A DNA stretch of 64,000 nt from Planctomycetota bacterium (GCA_965228735.1 OZ245838.1:6240001-6304000), one strand, 5' to 3'; positions 54,880 through 64,000 are shown, counted from the first letter of the stretch. Notes: a model not told the origin generated them from the letters alone. Program-made: numbers and translations.

Positions 54880-57408
54880 ATGTCACGATCCATCCCGATT
54901 CTCGGTCTCCTGGCCGCCGCGCTGTTCGCCCAGCCGGTCGAGGCGCAGGACTTCACCAAGGACGAGCAGGCGCTGGCCAAGAAGGCCGTCCGGCAGCTGA
55001 CGCGCTTCGCGCGCACGGCCAAGTCGCGCAAGGTCGGCCCGCGCGCCAAACAGGCGTTCGACCTGGTCCTCGAATACGACGCGGACCACAAGGCGACGCG
55101 ACGCGAGCTCGACTTCAAGCGGGTCGGCGACGAGTGGGTGCTCGAGCCGCCCGAGAAGCGCACGAGCTGGAAGGACAAGGCCACCTACGAGAACCGGTTC
55201 AAGGTCGCGGACGAGTGGTACAAGGTCTGCATCGAGCTCAGTGAGTTGCACAAGACGCTCGGCCTCAAGATGCAGAAGGCGGGTGCCGGTGGAGCGACGT
55301 TCCACCTCGAGAAGGCCGTCTACTTCAACGCGATGGACGAAGAGGCCAACCTCGCGCTCGGCTACGAGCAGGGGCCCGGATTCTTCGGCACGCCCGAGCA
55401 GATCGCCTTCGCGAAGAAGATGAAGGAGATCGAGGTGCGCGCCGTCGAGATCGCGCGCAAGGAGTACCCGGTCGAGGCGCTCCCGATGGAGGATCTGCCG
55501 CAGCAGCTCGCCAACCTGCAGATGGCGGTGCCGGAGTTCATGAAGAAGCCGAACATCGACATCTTCGGCGCCAAGTCGAAGAACTTCGTGATCTGGACGC
55601 GCGGCACGCAGGACAACGCCAACGACTACGTGCAGTGGGCCGAACGCGGGCTCGAGTTCGTCGTCTACCTCTTGGGTGAGAAGCGCGCCAAGCAGATGCG
55701 GGTCGTCGACCGGGTCGCGAAGAACTACAAGTGGCGCGCGTTCTTGTTCACGCGACGGGAGCGCGAGGAGTTCCTCAAGGCCAACCCCGAGACCTGGGAG
55801 GGCGCGAAGTCCGTCGATGAGGCCATGCGCTTCAGCAATACGGTGTTTCGGGTTCCGGGCGGTCGCGCGCTCCTCGAGGTCGGCAGCGCGCCGCGCACCG
55901 TGCACGACAGCCTGATCGCGTACGCCGCGCACGACGGGTTCGCCCAGGATCGGAACGTCGGTCTCGGACAGGGTTTCGTGCACGCGGTGTGCTGGTACCT
56001 GAAGGCGACGTCCATCTCCAAGTGGGGCGCGCTGCCCGAAGGCACGGTCGGCGATGACGCGCTGCCGCTGCCGCAGGGCACGGCGTGGTGGATGCGCACG
56101 ATCCGCGACCAGGCGTCGTCGAACACGGATTGGCCGCTCGCGCAGGTGCCGCGTGAGCGGTTGTCGCGGTTCCGGAACAACTGCCGCATGAAGACCTGGA
56201 GCTTCACGACCTGGGTGCTCGCGGCCTACCCGGACAAGTGGCAGGAGCTGTTCCTCAAGATGCCGAAGGGTGAGAAGCGCCCACCGACGCTCGAGGAGGT
56301 CGATGCGGTGTTCGTGAAGGTCCTCGGCAAGAAGGCCGCGGTCGTCGATGCCGAATGGCGGGAGTGGGCGCGCGGTGATTCGGGCGTCGCGTTCGGAACC
56401 GGCTATGGCCCGCCGCTGTTGCCGGCTCGCCCGAGCAAGCTCGAACTCGCCGCGCTCGAGCGGATCAACGAGGTGCGCGCGCAGCCGATGGCGTACTCCT
56501 GGCCGAAGGGCGAGGACATGCGCAAGGGCTCGTTGTCCGGACTGCCGCCGTGCGAGATGGACGCCGAGGCGTCGATGGGTTGCGAAGCGCACGCGCTCTA
56601 CGTGACCAACCACCAGGAACTGCACGAGAACCCGGGGCCGGAGATCCACGAGGAGAACCCGGCGCACGACGACTTCTCCCGCAAGGGGCAGCTCGCCGGT
56701 TCGGGCAACATCATCAGCGGCTACGGTCAACGCAGCGAGAGCTTTGCCGCCGACTCGATCGACGGCTGGATGGGCGTGCCGTATCACCGCTTCCCGATGT
56801 TGCAGCACAACATCAAGCGCCTCGGCTACAGCTACGTCTACGAGAACGACCTGTCCGTCGCGGTCGTCGACATGCACTCGTTGGAGGAGCCCTACGACCA
56901 GGCAACGGCGCCGCGCTTCCTGATCTGGCCGTTCCCGGGGCAGACCAAGGTGCCGTACGGGTTCCCGAACCCGGAGAGCCCGAACCCGCTGGCGGACCAG
57001 CCGGAGGAGGACCAGGACGTCACGAAGTGCGGCTATCCGATCAGCCTGCAGGTTCAGCGGGAGCTCGCGGGCAACCTCGTGGATGCCTCGATCGAGGTCT
57101 ACGAGTCGCGCAAGGGCGGGCGTCCGCCGACGCAGCACTTCCTGAGTCCGCAGGAGAACGGTGCGATCCTCAAGGAATGGAAGGACCGGACGAAGGGTGA
57201 TCCGATCCCGCTGTGGGTGCACACGCCGCGCGTGCCGCTCAACAAGAAGCAGGACCGTCGTGACGTCGTGTTCGGCCTCCCGAAGGAGCCCCTGAAGAAG
57301 GGCAAGGCCTACCAGGTGCACGTCATGCTGCACTTCGGCGGCAACGATCCGCTGATCTTCGTCTGGGAGTTCGTCACGGGCTCGCACCCGGGGCTCATGA
57401 AGTTCTAG
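54880..57408 (+). CDS. Secreted protein with CAP (SCP/PR-1) domain
   Basis: Signal peptide; INEVRA...CEAHALY...SIDGWMGVPYHRFPML...LGY CAP motifs, then an Ig-like region WPFPGQ...GYPISL. Confidence 0.8.
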   Translation: MSRSIPILGLLAAALFAQPVEAQDFTKDEQALAKKAVRQLTRFARTAKSRKVGPRAKQAFDLVLEYDADHKATRRELDFKRVGDEWVLEPPEKRTSWKDKATYENRFKVADEWYKVCIELSELHKTLGLKMQKAGAGGATFHLEKAVYFNAMDEEANLALGYEQGPGFFGTPEQIAFAKKMKEIEVRAVEIARKEYPVEALPMEDLPQQLANLQMAVPEFMKKPNIDIFGAKSKNFVIWTRGTQDNANDYVQWAERGLEFVVYLLGEKRAKQMRVVDRVAKNYKWRAFLFTRREREEFLKANPETWEGAKSVDEAMRFSNTVFRVPGGRALLEVGSAPRTVHDSLIAYAAHDGFAQDRNVGLGQGFVHAVCWYLKATSISKWGALPEGTVGDDALPLPQGTAWWMRTIRDQASSNTDWPLAQVPRERLSRFRNNCRMKTWSFTTWVLAAYPDKWQELFLKMPKGEKRPPTLEEVDAVFVKVLGKKAAVVDAEWREWARGDSGVAFGTGYGPPLLPARPSKLELAALERINEVRAQPMAYSWPKGEDMRKGSLSGLPPCEMDAEASMGCEAHALYVTNHQELHENPGPEIHEENPAHDDFSRKGQLAGSGNIISGYGQRSESFAADSIDGWMGVPYHRFPMLQHNIKRLGYSYVYENDLSVAVVDMHSLEEPYDQATAPRFLIWPFPGQTKVPYGFPNPESPNPLADQPEEDQDVTKCGYPISLQVQRELAGNLVDASIEVYESRKGGRPPTQHFLSPQENGAILKEWKDRTKGDPIPLWVHTPRVPLNKKQDRRDVVFGLPKEPLKKGKAYQVHVMLHFGGNDPLIFVWEFVTGSHPGLMKF

Positions 57409-57429
57409 CCGAACGGTCCCGTTCCCACG

Positions 57430-57490
57430 GAGGCACGCAGTCGCGTCGACGGGCGAGGCTGCGTGCCTCTCGCGTTTCGTTTCGTTCGTC
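57430..57490 (+). terminator. Intrinsic terminator-like hairpin after the CAP gene
   Basis: GAGGCACGCAG (57430-57440) pairs with CTGCGTGCCTC (57459-57469), followed by T-rich TTTCGTTTCGTT. Confidence 0.65.
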
Positions 57491-57602
57491 GTTTCGCCCA
57501 CCGTTCGGGGGGCCGGGCTTGCAACGGGCCCGGCCGCGAACACAATCCGTCGCCAGATTCCCCAACCCCGAGCCCCCGGCGGCAGCGCCGCCCCGAACTG
57601 CA

Positions 57603-58523
57603 ATGTCCGAACGCGTCGAAGAGATCCTCTCCTGGTACGAAGCCGACAACCCCGGCGTCCTCAAGAACCTCCGCTGGATGATGGACACCGGCGCGCTCGC
57701 CGGGACCGGCAAGTTCGTCATCCTGCCGGTCGACCAGGGCTTCGAGCACGGCCCGGCCCGCACGTTCGCGAAGAACGCGCCGGGCTACGATCCGCACTAC
57801 CACTTCCAGCTCGCGCTCGAGTCGGGCTGCAACGCCTACGCTGCGCCGCTCGGTTTCCTCGAGGCCGGCGCGCGCAAGTACGCGGGGCAGATTCCGCTGA
57901 TCCTCAAGCTCAACAACAGCGACTCGCTGTGGAGCAGTCCGGATCCCAAGCCCGCAGTCACGGGTTCGGTCGATGACGCGCTGCGCCTCGGTTGCGCGGC
58001 GATCGGCTTCACGATCTACCCGGGGTCGTGCATGCGGAACGAGATGTACATGGAGCTGCGCGAGATCGCGGAGGAAGCCAAAGCGGCCGGCCTCGCGGTC
58101 GTCGTGTGGAGCTACCCGCGCGGCAGCGGTCTGAGCAAGGAAGGTGAGACCGCCGTCGATGTCGCGGCCTACGCGGCGCAGATTGCTGCGCAACTCGGCG
58201 CGCACATCATCAAGGTCAAGCCGGCGACCGAGAAGATCGAGCAGGACGCCGCCCGCAAGGTCTACGAGTCGGAGAACATCCCGATCGGCACGCTCGCGGA
58301 ACGGACGCGTCACGTCGTGCAGTCATCGTTCGGCGGCCGCCGTATCGTGATCTTCAGCGGCGGCGCCGCGAAGGGCACCGACGCCGTCCTCGAGGAGATC
58401 CAGGGCCTCGCCGATGGCGGCGCGTTCGGCTCGATCATGGGCCGCAACGCGTTCCAGCGCCCGAAGGCCGAGGCGCTGGAGTTGCTGAAGACGGTGCAGG
58501 AGATCTACCGCAAGGCCAAGTGA
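57603..58523 (+). CDS. fbaB: Class I fructose-bisphosphate aldolase (DhnA type)
   Basis: ILPVDQGFEHGP, AAPLG, WSYPRG, Schiff-base Lys in LGAHIIKVK, FSGG, GRNAFQR. Confidence 0.93.
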   Translation: MSERVEEILSWYEADNPGVLKNLRWMMDTGALAGTGKFVILPVDQGFEHGPARTFAKNAPGYDPHYHFQLALESGCNAYAAPLGFLEAGARKYAGQIPLILKLNNSDSLWSSPDPKPAVTGSVDDALRLGCAAIGFTIYPGSCMRNEMYMELREIAEEAKAAGLAVVVWSYPRGSGLSKEGETAVDVAAYAAQIAAQLGAHIIKVKPATEKIEQDAARKVYESENIPIGTLAERTRHVVQSSFGGRRIVIFSGGAAKGTDAVLEEIQGLADGGAFGSIMGRNAFQRPKAEALELLKTVQEIYRKAK

Positions 58524-58565
58524 GTCACGCGCCTGCGGCGCGAGGCTCACTTGGCCTTGCGGTAG
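58505..58565. terminator. Long hairpin overlapping the aldolase 3' end
   Basis: 58505-58524 CTACCGCAAGGCCAAGTGAG is the perfect reverse complement of 58546-58565. Confidence 0.6.
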
Positions 58566-58878
58566 GTGTCTTCCTCGCTGCTCGGCGATGACCGCCGAGG
58601 GCGTGGCCTGGCCCGTTGGCGCCGGCACGCAGCGAGGGGGGGCGCCTTCGGCGCCAGGACCTGGCCATGCCCCCTCGCTTGGAAAGCGGCCGTACCGAAC
58701 CCGTTTCGAATTCGCCACTCCTGGTGCTCCGCAGCGAGCGGTTCGGGTACGTGGTGGCCGGTTTGGCGGGCTTGTCTCTTCGATCGGATGGGGGACATCG
58801 TTCTGCGGGGTTTGTGGGGGCGGCGGGGACTTCGTCTTCCTGCGATAATCTGGGGGGCGTTTCGTCTACTTCGGCACC

Positions 58879-60468
58879 ATGGACCTGCGGATGCGGACTC
58901 TCGGTTCGGCGACTCTGGCGGCCTGGCTCGGTGGCCTTGGCGTCGTTTCGGCGCAGGAACCGCAGCCGTCGGCGTGGCTGCCGCCCGAGTGTCTGTTCGC
59001 CGTGTCGGTGCCGGCGCCCGTCGAAGCCGTGCGGTCGTTGGCCGGTGCCGCTGGCGGCCTGCCGACCGACTTGCCGGATGACGTGCAGGCGTTGGCGGGC
59101 GCGGGGATGTTGTTCCTGCGGTCGCAGATCGGCGGTTCGGTCGAGGACTTCGTCGAACGGATGGCGGGGTCGGGGGCGGCGTTCGGGGTGCTGCGGGGGG
59201 ACGGCAAGCGCCGGTTCCTGCCCGTTCTCGTAACGCGGCCCGGCGACCCGAAGGCCGCGGCCGCGTTCTTCGAGCGCTTTCCCCGGGCGGCGGTCGCGAC
59301 GCACGACGGGTTGCTGCTCGTGAGCAACGCGCGTGCGGGGCTCGCGCGCCTGCAGGAGCACTGCGAGAACGTCGAGCCGTCGGGCAGGGCCGCCGAGCCG
59401 CCCACCGATGCCGCGATCGCCGGTCGTGTCGACCTCCTCGCACTTCGCGAACTCGTGCCGGCGTTGCGTCCGCGGGAACTCGGCGTCGGCCCCGGATTGT
59501 TGTTCGCTCCGCTCGTCGCCGCGTTCGGGGAAGCGGCAGCGATCGACCTGCGCCTGCTGGTCGACGACGATTCTGCGATCCGTTTCTCGGCGAGCCTCGA
59601 CGCCGGGATCCGGGGCGCGCGCGCCGCCGGACTGCTCGCGGCCGGCGGCGGCGAACGCGATCTCGCGCCGCTCCCGAGGAGCGGCATCGCCCAGATCGCG
59701 CTCGACCGCAGCGTCGCGGCGCTGCTGCGCGCGCCCGAGGAGTTCGTGAACATGGCCGGGCAGCTGCAGGTGCAGAGCTTCCTGTCCATCGCCGACGCCA
59801 TCGACGGCGCGACGACGTCGTTCACCGAGGATCTGGTCGGCGGGCTCGGTGAGCCGATCCTCGTGACGATCGTGGAGGACGAACCGCCCGCTCCGCGGTC
59901 GCCGTTCGTGCTCCCTGGCATCGTGCTGAGTGCCCCGATGAAGGGCGACGAGGTCGAGACGGTGATGCGCCGGGCGGCCCAGGTCTTCGCCGTGATCGTC
60001 AACGCCGAACGGGCGCAGAATCGCCAGCGACCGTTCCTCGTCCGCTCGGCGCCGAGCGAGTTCGGCCGCGGCCTCGTCGCGGAACCGCCCCCGTGGCGCG
60101 GACCCGGTGAACCGCCGGTGGAGGATGCGCTGACGCCCACGCTGCTCTTCGGCAACGGCCACGTTCTCCTGGCGACGACGCTGCCGGCCGCCGAGGCAGT
60201 GCTCTCGACGCTCGCCGAACAGGGACCCGAACGCATCGCCGGCGACCGCATCCAGCTGCGCGGACCGACGATTGCCCGGGCGCTCGAGCGCAGCCGTTCA
60301 CCGCTCGAACTGGCGCGCATGCTCGACGAAGGCGAGACGCCGCGCGAGGCCGCGCGCTTCTGGGACATCGCGATCGCGCTCGCGAACGTGATGGCCCGCC
60401 TCGACGTCGCGATCGACTTCGGCGCCGACGCGACGACCCTGGTCCTCGAACTGGAGCGCGCCCGATGA
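58879..60468 (+). CDS. Secreted hypothetical protein (DUF3352-like)
   Basis: Signal ending VSA-Q; SAWLPPECLFAVS, DGLLLVSN and GHVLLATT repeat pattern; ATGA overlap with DUF1800. Confidence 0.6.
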   Translation: MDLRMRTLGSATLAAWLGGLGVVSAQEPQPSAWLPPECLFAVSVPAPVEAVRSLAGAAGGLPTDLPDDVQALAGAGMLFLRSQIGGSVEDFVERMAGSGAAFGVLRGDGKRRFLPVLVTRPGDPKAAAAFFERFPRAAVATHDGLLLVSNARAGLARLQEHCENVEPSGRAAEPPTDAAIAGRVDLLALRELVPALRPRELGVGPGLLFAPLVAAFGEAAAIDLRLLVDDDSAIRFSASLDAGIRGARAAGLLAAGGGERDLAPLPRSGIAQIALDRSVAALLRAPEEFVNMAGQLQVQSFLSIADAIDGATTSFTEDLVGGLGEPILVTIVEDEPPAPRSPFVLPGIVLSAPMKGDEVETVMRRAAQVFAVIVNAERAQNRQRPFLVRSAPSEFGRGLVAEPPPWRGPGEPPVEDALTPTLLFGNGHVLLATTLPAAEAVLSTLAEQGPERIAGDRIQLRGPTIARALERSRSPLELARMLDEGETPREAARFWDIAIALANVMARLDVAIDFGADATTLVLELERAR

Positions 60469-61781
60469 TCGACCCCATGGCCCGGTTCGAGCCGACTGCG
60501 CGCGATCCGTTCGACCTGCGCAAGGTCTCGCACCTGCTGCGGCGCGCCGGCTTCGCCGCGCCGCTCGGCACGCGCCGACGATTGGCCCAGAAGGGCCTCG
60601 ATCGCGCGCTCGCCTGGGTCATGCCCGAGGACGGCGAGCAGCCGCGCCTCGACGACCGCTTCGACGATGTCGTCGCCACCGGCGAGATCGAACGCCTGCG
60701 GGCGTTGCGCGTCGCCCAGGCGCTGTCCTCGCGGCTGCAGCTGCGGCAACGTCTCAGCTACTTCTGGCACGACCATTTCGCCACGAGCAACCAGAAGCTG
60801 CGTGACCCGCGCGCGATGGCCGAGCAGTTTCGGACCTTCGATCGGCTCGGCTCCGGCTCCTTCGATGATCTCGTTCGGGCGCTCTGCCGCGACCCCGCGC
60901 TGCTGCGGTGGCTCGACAACGACGTCAACACGAAGAGACAACCCAACGAGAACTTCGCCCGCGAGCTGTTCGAGCTCTTCACCCTGGGTCGCGGCAACTA
61001 CACCGAGGTCGACATTCGCGAGGCGGCCCGGGCGTTCAGCGGCTGGCACGTGCGCGACGGGCAGTTCCACTTCGCGCCCAACCTGCACGACTCCGGGAGC
61101 AAGTCGGTCTTCGGTCGGACGGGCGAGCTCGACGGCGACGACATCGTCGACCTCTGTGTCGAACGCGAAGATTCGGCGCGCTTCCTCGCAACGCGATGGC
61201 TGCAGTTCTTCGTGCATCCGGAGCCGGAGGACGACGAGGTCACGGCACTCGCGCGGGTGTATCGCGACCACGGGCGTGACGTGCGGCGCACGATCGTCAC
61301 GCTGTTGCAGAGCCGCCTGTTCTTCTCGCCACGGGCCTACCGCAGCATCGTGAAGAGTCCTGCCGAGTTCACGATCGGCGCGGTGCGCCTCCTCGGCGGG
61401 CGGGTCGCGCCGGCGTTCGTCGCGCGCGTCATGGGCGCGCTCGGCGAGACGTGGTGCGAGCCCCCGTCGGTCGAGGGTTGGCAGGGCGGTCGCGCGTGGC
61501 TGTCGCCCGCGTCGTGGCTCCTGCGCAGCAACTTCGTCGCCGACGTGCTCGCGGGGCGTCGCGGCAAGTTGCGGCCGGCGCCGCAGAGCCTGTTCGACCG
61601 CGTGCGCCCGGATCAGCGCGCGAAGGCCGCGCTGCTGTATCTGCTCGACGGCGACGTCGACGACGACGGGCGCGAACGCATCGAGGCGCTGGCCGCGAGC
61701 CAGCAGAACCACGGCAGCCGCGCGGCGGCGGCCGAGTTGCTGCACGCGGTCGCGTGCCTGCCGCAGTTCCAACTCAACTGA
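60465..61781 (+). CDS. DUF1800-family protein
   Basis: HLLRRAGF, FWHDHFATS, PNENFARELFELFTLG, ARAFSGW, PPSVEGW. Confidence 0.92.
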   Translation: MIDPMARFEPTARDPFDLRKVSHLLRRAGFAAPLGTRRRLAQKGLDRALAWVMPEDGEQPRLDDRFDDVVATGEIERLRALRVAQALSSRLQLRQRLSYFWHDHFATSNQKLRDPRAMAEQFRTFDRLGSGSFDDLVRALCRDPALLRWLDNDVNTKRQPNENFARELFELFTLGRGNYTEVDIREAARAFSGWHVRDGQFHFAPNLHDSGSKSVFGRTGELDGDDIVDLCVEREDSARFLATRWLQFFVHPEPEDDEVTALARVYRDHGRDVRRTIVTLLQSRLFFSPRAYRSIVKSPAEFTIGAVRLLGGRVAPAFVARVMGALGETWCEPPSVEGWQGGRAWLSPASWLLRSNFVADVLAGRRGKLRPAPQSLFDRVRPDQRAKAALLYLLDGDVDDDGRERIEALAASQQNHGSRAAAAELLHAVACLPQFQLN

Positions 61782-61808
61782 GACATCTCAACTGAGACAC
61801 AACGCGCA

Positions 61809-63038
61809 ATGACGAACCGCATCGATCGCAGGTCCTTCCTCATCCGTGCCGCCGCGACCCCGCTCGCGTTGGCGGCGCCGGGTCCGGGCGCGTTCTGGTT
61901 GCCGCGCGGCGACGACAGGCTGCTGCTCGTGCTCGAACTCGTCGGCGGCAACGACGGCCTCAACACCGTCATCCCCGTCGATGACGACAACTACAAGAAG
62001 GCACGCCCGACGATCGGCAGCGTGCGAAACGGCGCGCACGCGCTCACGGATGGCACCGCGCTGCACCCGGCACTCGCGCAGCTGCATCGCCGCATCCAGG
62101 ACGGCAAGGGTGCGGTCGTGCACGGCGTCGGCTACCCGCAACCCGACCGTTCGCACTTCCGCAGTCGTGACATCTGGCACACGGCCGATCCCCTGCACCA
62201 GGAGGTCAAGTCGTCGACGACGGGCTGGCTCGGGCGCGCGGCCGATCAGCTGAGCAAGCGCGGCGCCGGCGTTCCGGCGGCGGCCGTCGGGGGCCTCGAG
62301 GTGCCGCTCGCGCTGCGCGCGAGGAAGGTCAACGTGCCGAGTCTCGCGCGCGTCGAGGACTTCCAGTGGCTGTCGGCCAGGAGCGGCGGCACCGTGGCCG
62401 CCGGTGCGCCCGTGCGCGCCGTCGTCGACCACGAGGGCCAGGGCCAGAGCACGGATGAGCTCATGCGGTTCGTCGGCGACGTCGCCAGGAAGGGCGCGTC
62501 GCTCGCCGACGAGCTGGCGGCGGCGCTCGCCGATTATCGGCCGCGTGCCGAGTATCCGGGCTCCGACCTCGGGAGGAATCTCGGCCTCGTCGCGCAGCTC
62601 GCGGTCGCGGGTTTCGGCACACGCCTCGTGCACGTCGGGTTGTCGGGGTTCGACACCCACGCGCGCCAGCTGCCGACGCATGCCGGTCTGATGCGCGAAC
62701 TCGACGGCGCGCTCAGTGCGTTCCTCACGGATATCGAGAAGCACGGGCTCGGCGATCGCGTCACCGTCCTCGTTCACAGCGAGTTCGGGCGGCGCGTCAA
62801 GGAGAATGCGAGCCAGGGCACGGACCACGGCGCCGCGGGACCGGTCTTCGCGTTCGGCGGCGGCATCCAGGGTGGCTCGCACGGCCAGGTGCCGAACCTC
62901 GAGGACCTCGACGACGGCGACGTGAAGAGCACGGCGGACTTCCGCGACGTCTACGCCGACCTGCTGCGCTGGCTCGGCGCCGAGACGAAGCCGGTGCTCG
63001 GCGGCGAGTTCCGTGGCGTCGGGCTGACGCGGCGGTAG
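61809..63038 (+). CDS. DUF1501-family protein (Tat signal)
   Basis: DRRSFL, GGNDGLNTVIP, RSHFRS, GFDTH, SEFGRR, GTDHG, DFRDVYA. Confidence 0.93.
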   Translation: MTNRIDRRSFLIRAAATPLALAAPGPGAFWLPRGDDRLLLVLELVGGNDGLNTVIPVDDDNYKKARPTIGSVRNGAHALTDGTALHPALAQLHRRIQDGKGAVVHGVGYPQPDRSHFRSRDIWHTADPLHQEVKSSTTGWLGRAADQLSKRGAGVPAAAVGGLEVPLALRARKVNVPSLARVEDFQWLSARSGGTVAAGAPVRAVVDHEGQGQSTDELMRFVGDVARKGASLADELAAALADYRPRAEYPGSDLGRNLGLVAQLAVAGFGTRLVHVGLSGFDTHARQLPTHAGLMRELDGALSAFLTDIEKHGLGDRVTVLVHSEFGRRVKENASQGTDHGAAGPVFAFGGGIQGGSHGQVPNLEDLDDGDVKSTADFRDVYADLLRWLGAETKPVLGGEFRGVGLTRR

Positions 63039-63063
63039 ACCGCGTGCGGTAGAGTGACCCGCG

Positions 63064-64000
63064 ATGGTGCTCTCCCGAACGCGGCTGATTCCCTTCGTTC
63101 TGCTGGCCGCCTGCGCCGCGTCGCAGGACGCGGCTCCCGAAGTTCACGGTCGCATCGAGGATCTCGGTTCCGGCCTGCAGCTCCTGCGGACCTGGGGCAC
63201 TCCGGCCGAGCGCGGCTACGCCCACGGTTTCCTGCTCGCGGAGCAGGTCGCCGCGGTCGGCATCGCCGAGTTCGGCGCGCGGTTCGGCCGCGGTGCCGGC
63301 AAGGCGATCCTCGAGGTCGCTCGCAGTTCGATCGATCGGCTCATCGAGTATCCCGACGACGTGTTGCAGGAACTCGAAGGGCTGTTCCGTGGCCTGCAGG
63401 CCAGCGGCGTCGACCGTCGGATCGAAGCGCTCGACCGGGACTTCGACTTCACGGATCTCAAGGTGGCGAACGCGCTCGACGTGTTCGGCCTCATGGGTTG
63501 CAGCGGCGTCACGGTCTGGGGCGATCGTGCGGTTGGCGGCGGCGTGCTCACTGGGCGCAACTTCGACTGGCCATTGACGGGCAGGCACATGCTGGATGGC
63601 ACGGTGCTGCTCGTGCAGCATCTGTCGAACGGGCGCGCGACCGCGTCGGTCACGTGGCCCGGCTACGTGCCGGTCGTCACGGGGATCAGCCGCGCCGGGG
63701 TGGCGACGTTCCTGCACGTCGGTTCGGCCAAGGTCACTCTCACGCCCGAGCCCGGATCGTGGCCGACCGCGGTGGCCGCGCGCGCGATCCTCGAGGGCGT
63801 CGCTGCGGACACCACGGCTGCGGCCGCGTTCGAGCTCGCCGCCGATCGGCTGTCGTGGACGAGTCCGCCGGCGGGGTTCCTGACCCGCGTCGTGCTGCCG
63901 CGCGTGCCGGCGAACGGACCGCCGGTCGCGGTGTTCGAGACGGACAGCAAGAAGGCCGTGCGGGGCGGCGCGATCACCGACTACTCCGTCGTCACGAACC
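63064..64000 (+). CDS. C45/acid-ceramidase-like Ntn-hydrolase lipoprotein, partial (runs off the window end)
   Basis: Not in the ORF track. Manual translation: MVLSRTRLIPFVLLAA-C, WGTPAERGYAHG, G-CSGVTVWG (nucleophilic Cys), GRNFDW. Confidence 0.8.
   Translation, partial: MVLSRTRLIPFVLLAACAASQDAAPEVHGRIEDLGSGLQLLRTWGTPAERGYAHGFLLAEQVAAVGIAEFGARFGRGAGKAILEVARSSIDRLIEYPDDVLQELEGLFRGLQASGVDRRIEALDRDFDFTDLKVANALDVFGLMGCSGVTVWGDRAVGGGVLTGRNFDWPLTGRHMLDGTVLLVQHLSNGRATASVTWPGYVPVVTGISRAGVATFLHVGSAKVTLTPEPGSWPTAVAARAILEGVAADTTAAAAFELAADRLSWTSPPAGFLTRVVLPRVPANGPPVAVFETDSKKAVRGGAITDYSVVTN

Noticed and set aside
61773..61799. Tandem duplication CTCAACTGAGACA across the DUF1800 stop codon
   Set aside because: A single short slippage-type duplication with no effect on the reading frame and no element inserted between the copies.

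Overview
High-GC, gene-dense bacterial chromosomal segment with about 46 CDS. The gene repertoire (multidomain Ser/Thr kinases, DUF1800/DUF1501 pair, HEAT-vWA and DUF4397 secreted proteins, futalosine pathway) suggests a Planctomycetota lineage; this is inference. I recognised no rRNA, tRNA, CRISPR array, integrase or transposase. Recognisable genes: priA, an rlmD-like methyltransferase, mqnB, a CzcCBA-type metal efflux operon, an M28 peptidase operon, a split rdgC, a fadJ-fadI-PaaK-like ligase operon, a TetR/SnoaL/tautomerase module, a MacAB-type ABC exporter, an SLC13 permease, class I aldolase, DUF1800-DUF1501 and a C45 Ntn hydrolase. Strongest leads: (1) a patatin lipase fused to a C-terminal two-cluster Fe-S ferredoxin with one Asp-substituted ligand, divergent from an acyl-activation/beta-oxidation operon; (2) RdgC split into two coupled genes, with an acidic SSB-tail-like peptide on the first; (3) three unrelated secreted proteins sharing a ~120-aa C-terminal module, possibly a sorting or anchoring domain; (4) a secreted protein with lysyl-oxidase-like and nidogen-like segments; (5) a REP/BIME-like palindrome family bracketing priA; (6) a recurring TANNNT box 6-9 nt before start codons, implying many leaderless mRNAs. 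All assignments come from motif recognition by eye; no searches were run. Several starts were moved downstream of the ORF-track start where a signal peptide, motif or gene overlap supported it.
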